Shown: in pieces, positions 61,849 through 64,000 of the stretch
How positions within the stretch are numbered: the first letter of the stretch is position 1
Layout of the letters: each line of letters begins with the position of its first letter
Source of the DNA: Takakia lepidozioides
Lineage: Eukaryota; Plantae; Bryophyta
DNA: 64,000 nucleotides
Direction: 5' to 3'
Assembly (NCBI GenBank): GCA_030704615.1
Contig: CM060732.1
Location: 72,044,001-72,108,000, forward strand
Notes under the pieces: generated by a model
Seen by the model: the letters and a program-made list of their open reading frames with translations, nothing else
Database searches by the model: none
What the model was told of the DNA's origin: nothing
Program-made: the position numbers and the translations under genes

Positions 61849-62627
61849 CCATCCCTGGACAACGGATTAGGCATTTTTGCGCCTAATAATAAAATCAATT
61901 AATCAGAAAATTAGGCATAGTTTGAAAACATTTTCTCAAACTAGGCATCTTCATGCTATAATTTTTTAGAATTAGGCACATGAGAAGAGAAAATATTTTT
62001 CTTAAGAATAAAAGTACAAAATAGACATCCAATGCCCATGGGCCCTTCCAGACTCTAGCTACCTTTCATTTCTTTTGAAACCCTAAAAATGCCCCTGGGT
62101 GGGAACAATGTGGGATTTTACGGGCTTTTGAGCACACTTTCCAAGGAGAAGCTATGCTAGCAAATTTTGTAACCAATTTGTTTGCAGTGAATGATGATTT
62201 GGTGGACGGGAATGCTCAAGTCACTTAGGATATCCCTGATATGTGTAGATGTCTTCCAAATCTCCACATTGAAAATGGGGATATTCCTGATCTCAATGTG
62301 GTGGACGAGGTAGATGGAGAGATCATGAGGACTAGCAAGGATGATGAACATGATAACATTGTCGAGCCTATGCACGGGCCTTTCGAAGTTACATGGAGCT
62401 CTCGCAAATAGATTGCAATTTGTAGGTGGTTTTGCTAGTCCTGAATCTATTCCGGAATGCGGCTCTAAGAGCATTCTAGTTGAAGTTATTTCCGCACGCA
62501 TAATGGGCATTAGGCACTTTGGTCCCATGATTTCCCAATAATTAGGCCAAAATCTGAAAAATTCACAGAATTGATTAGGCACTTTCATTTTGAATTAATT
62601 ATCGCCTAATCCGTTGTCTAGGGACGG
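61849..62627. mobile_element. Tc1/mariner-type MITE
   Basis: TA|CCATCCCTGGACAACGGATTAGGC ... GCCTAATCCGTTGTCTAGGGACGG|TA: 24-bp TIR with 2 mismatches and TA flanks. Confidence 0.8.
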
Positions 62628-64000
62628 TATACTACAACCTAGAATAAATTTGATGTTCTTCTAAAAAAAAACCAAGTTTGCAATTATTGGAAGAAATCTA
62701 ATAAAAATCCTCATATTGGCAAAAATGTCACACAATATAATATAATAAGGAAACATTTGGATGTTGCATGCAAAATATAATCCGAGATCATCACGGTAAT
62801 TTTGGATCTGTCCATAGGGGGGGCTATGTACCCCAATTCATTTGGCTAGTTTGGGAAGGTCAGGCAACCCGACACTGTGGGAAGAGCCAATCAGTGGGGG
62901 CCGCCGGAGGCTTGGAGAGGAGGGAAATGGCTCGACAGGGTGTAGACACATGTACGCCTAGGCTAGCGAAGAAGTAGGAGGGTCGATAGGAGGGCGGTGG
63001 GCCCAAGCCATGCGCAGAAGACACCTGTACGCCCTCCCTCTACTTCTAGAGCTTTCCAGAAGAAGGGGATGAGGCAGTGGACCCCCTTCTAGAAGACTCC
63101 ACCACCGCCTCCAAAGCCTATATAATGAAGGTAAGGGGTATACAATTTATTAGGTTCCTTCTGTGGGCTCTACAAGCAGGCCCCCTTAGAGAATAAAAAT
63201 GTGTGCCTATAGCGGGGGCAAAATTAGCGAAACTTCAATATTTTTGGCCCTACCTGTGCCAAACGACAACCAAATGAAATCGCTAACGAACCTTCAGTAA
63301 TTTTGACCCGTATGCACCCAAATAAAAGACACTACAGGTTTCACCGACGAAATTCAAGAGTTATACCAGAATTTCAAAAATAGATAGCTTGTGTGGAACA
63401 GTTTTGCAATTTGTGTGGCGTGAGCGCAAATCGTTTTGCAGTAACATCTTTAAAAAATATTCGAGGAACATATTGAGTTTTCATTTCTGAATGCATCAGC
63501 ACGCCTACATCGGCTCAAGCCTGGGCACCCTCATGTCACAATAGCAATTTCAACTCACATTTTATATACTGAATGTGACTTTGGTTGGGCTTCATATCGG
63601 CCGTAGACCCCAGGATCACCCATGGGGTCCCAGTAACTCAATTCTTTGGTTGCCTAGCTAACCATAGCTTTGGCACCGGTGAAGATAACTCCTAGCCCTC
63701 CATATGTAGTCCCAAGTGTTCATTATCTCTTTGTACTTTAGTACCGCCCCCTTTGGCATAATCGTTGTCAATGGCTATGAATGACCATCCAATAAGTGGT
63801 TAGGACGTTAGGACTTAGGACACAAGGCCACCTTACAAGTGGCTGTAAATTCAAAGTAATGTGGGTGTATGCTGAATATCACCCCTTATAGCCAACCCAG
63901 AACCGGTTAGGTGTTTGGGGTCCTTCAAGACCTTGGGGAAGGTTTCACCAACCAAGAAATGACACCATAAGTTATAATCTCTACTTTGGTAGGAGTCTTC

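Noticed and set aside
62808-63200. Possible solo LTR (TG start, TATA-like CTATATAA, AATAAA)
   Set aside because: No partner copy, clear CA end, PBS/PPT or TSD could be identified in the window.

Overview
This is eukaryotic nuclear DNA, most likely from a non-seed land plant. That assignment is an inference from a DNE1-like gene, a PLS-type PPR remnant, a Tcn1-like chromovirus fragment and an RTEX-like LINE. Three spliced host genes are supported: a NYN + OST-HTH/LOTUS endoribonuclease (DNE1/MARF1-like, ~13.3-16.2 kb) and two tandem six-exon paralogs of the transmembrane-plus-ARM-repeat (BLE2/AT5G18980-like) family (37.8-46.6 kb and 53.2-60.1 kb). Most of the remainder is transposon-derived. 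Two large Mutator-like DNA elements (<1-10.7 kb and 22.7-35.8 kb) each have a minus-strand SWIM-type transposase resembling the domesticated AT1G60560/AT4G13970 family. Each also has a convergent plus-strand accessory gene containing an unrecognised ~150-aa domain, which in the first element is followed by a Ulp1/C48 protease. Short motifs (CAGAC/GTCTG/GGTCTACT, or GATCCC) saturate these elements, an architecture reminiscent of the VANDAL/VANC anti-silencing system; this is the most interesting hypothesis in the window. Both elements are interrupted by 3'-truncated copies of one Galadriel-like Ty3/gypsy family, with clear ectopic-copy and templated-filler repair scars. Other elements are a head-to-tail array of RTEX-like LINEs in a (CT)n intron microsatellite whose empty site survives in the paralog, a degenerate copia, an L1 fragment, tRNA-derived SINEs, and hAT, Tc1/mariner-type and TTAA-flanked piggyBac-type MITEs. 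No rRNA, intact tRNA or CRISPR array was seen. All family assignments are by recognised motifs, not database searches.
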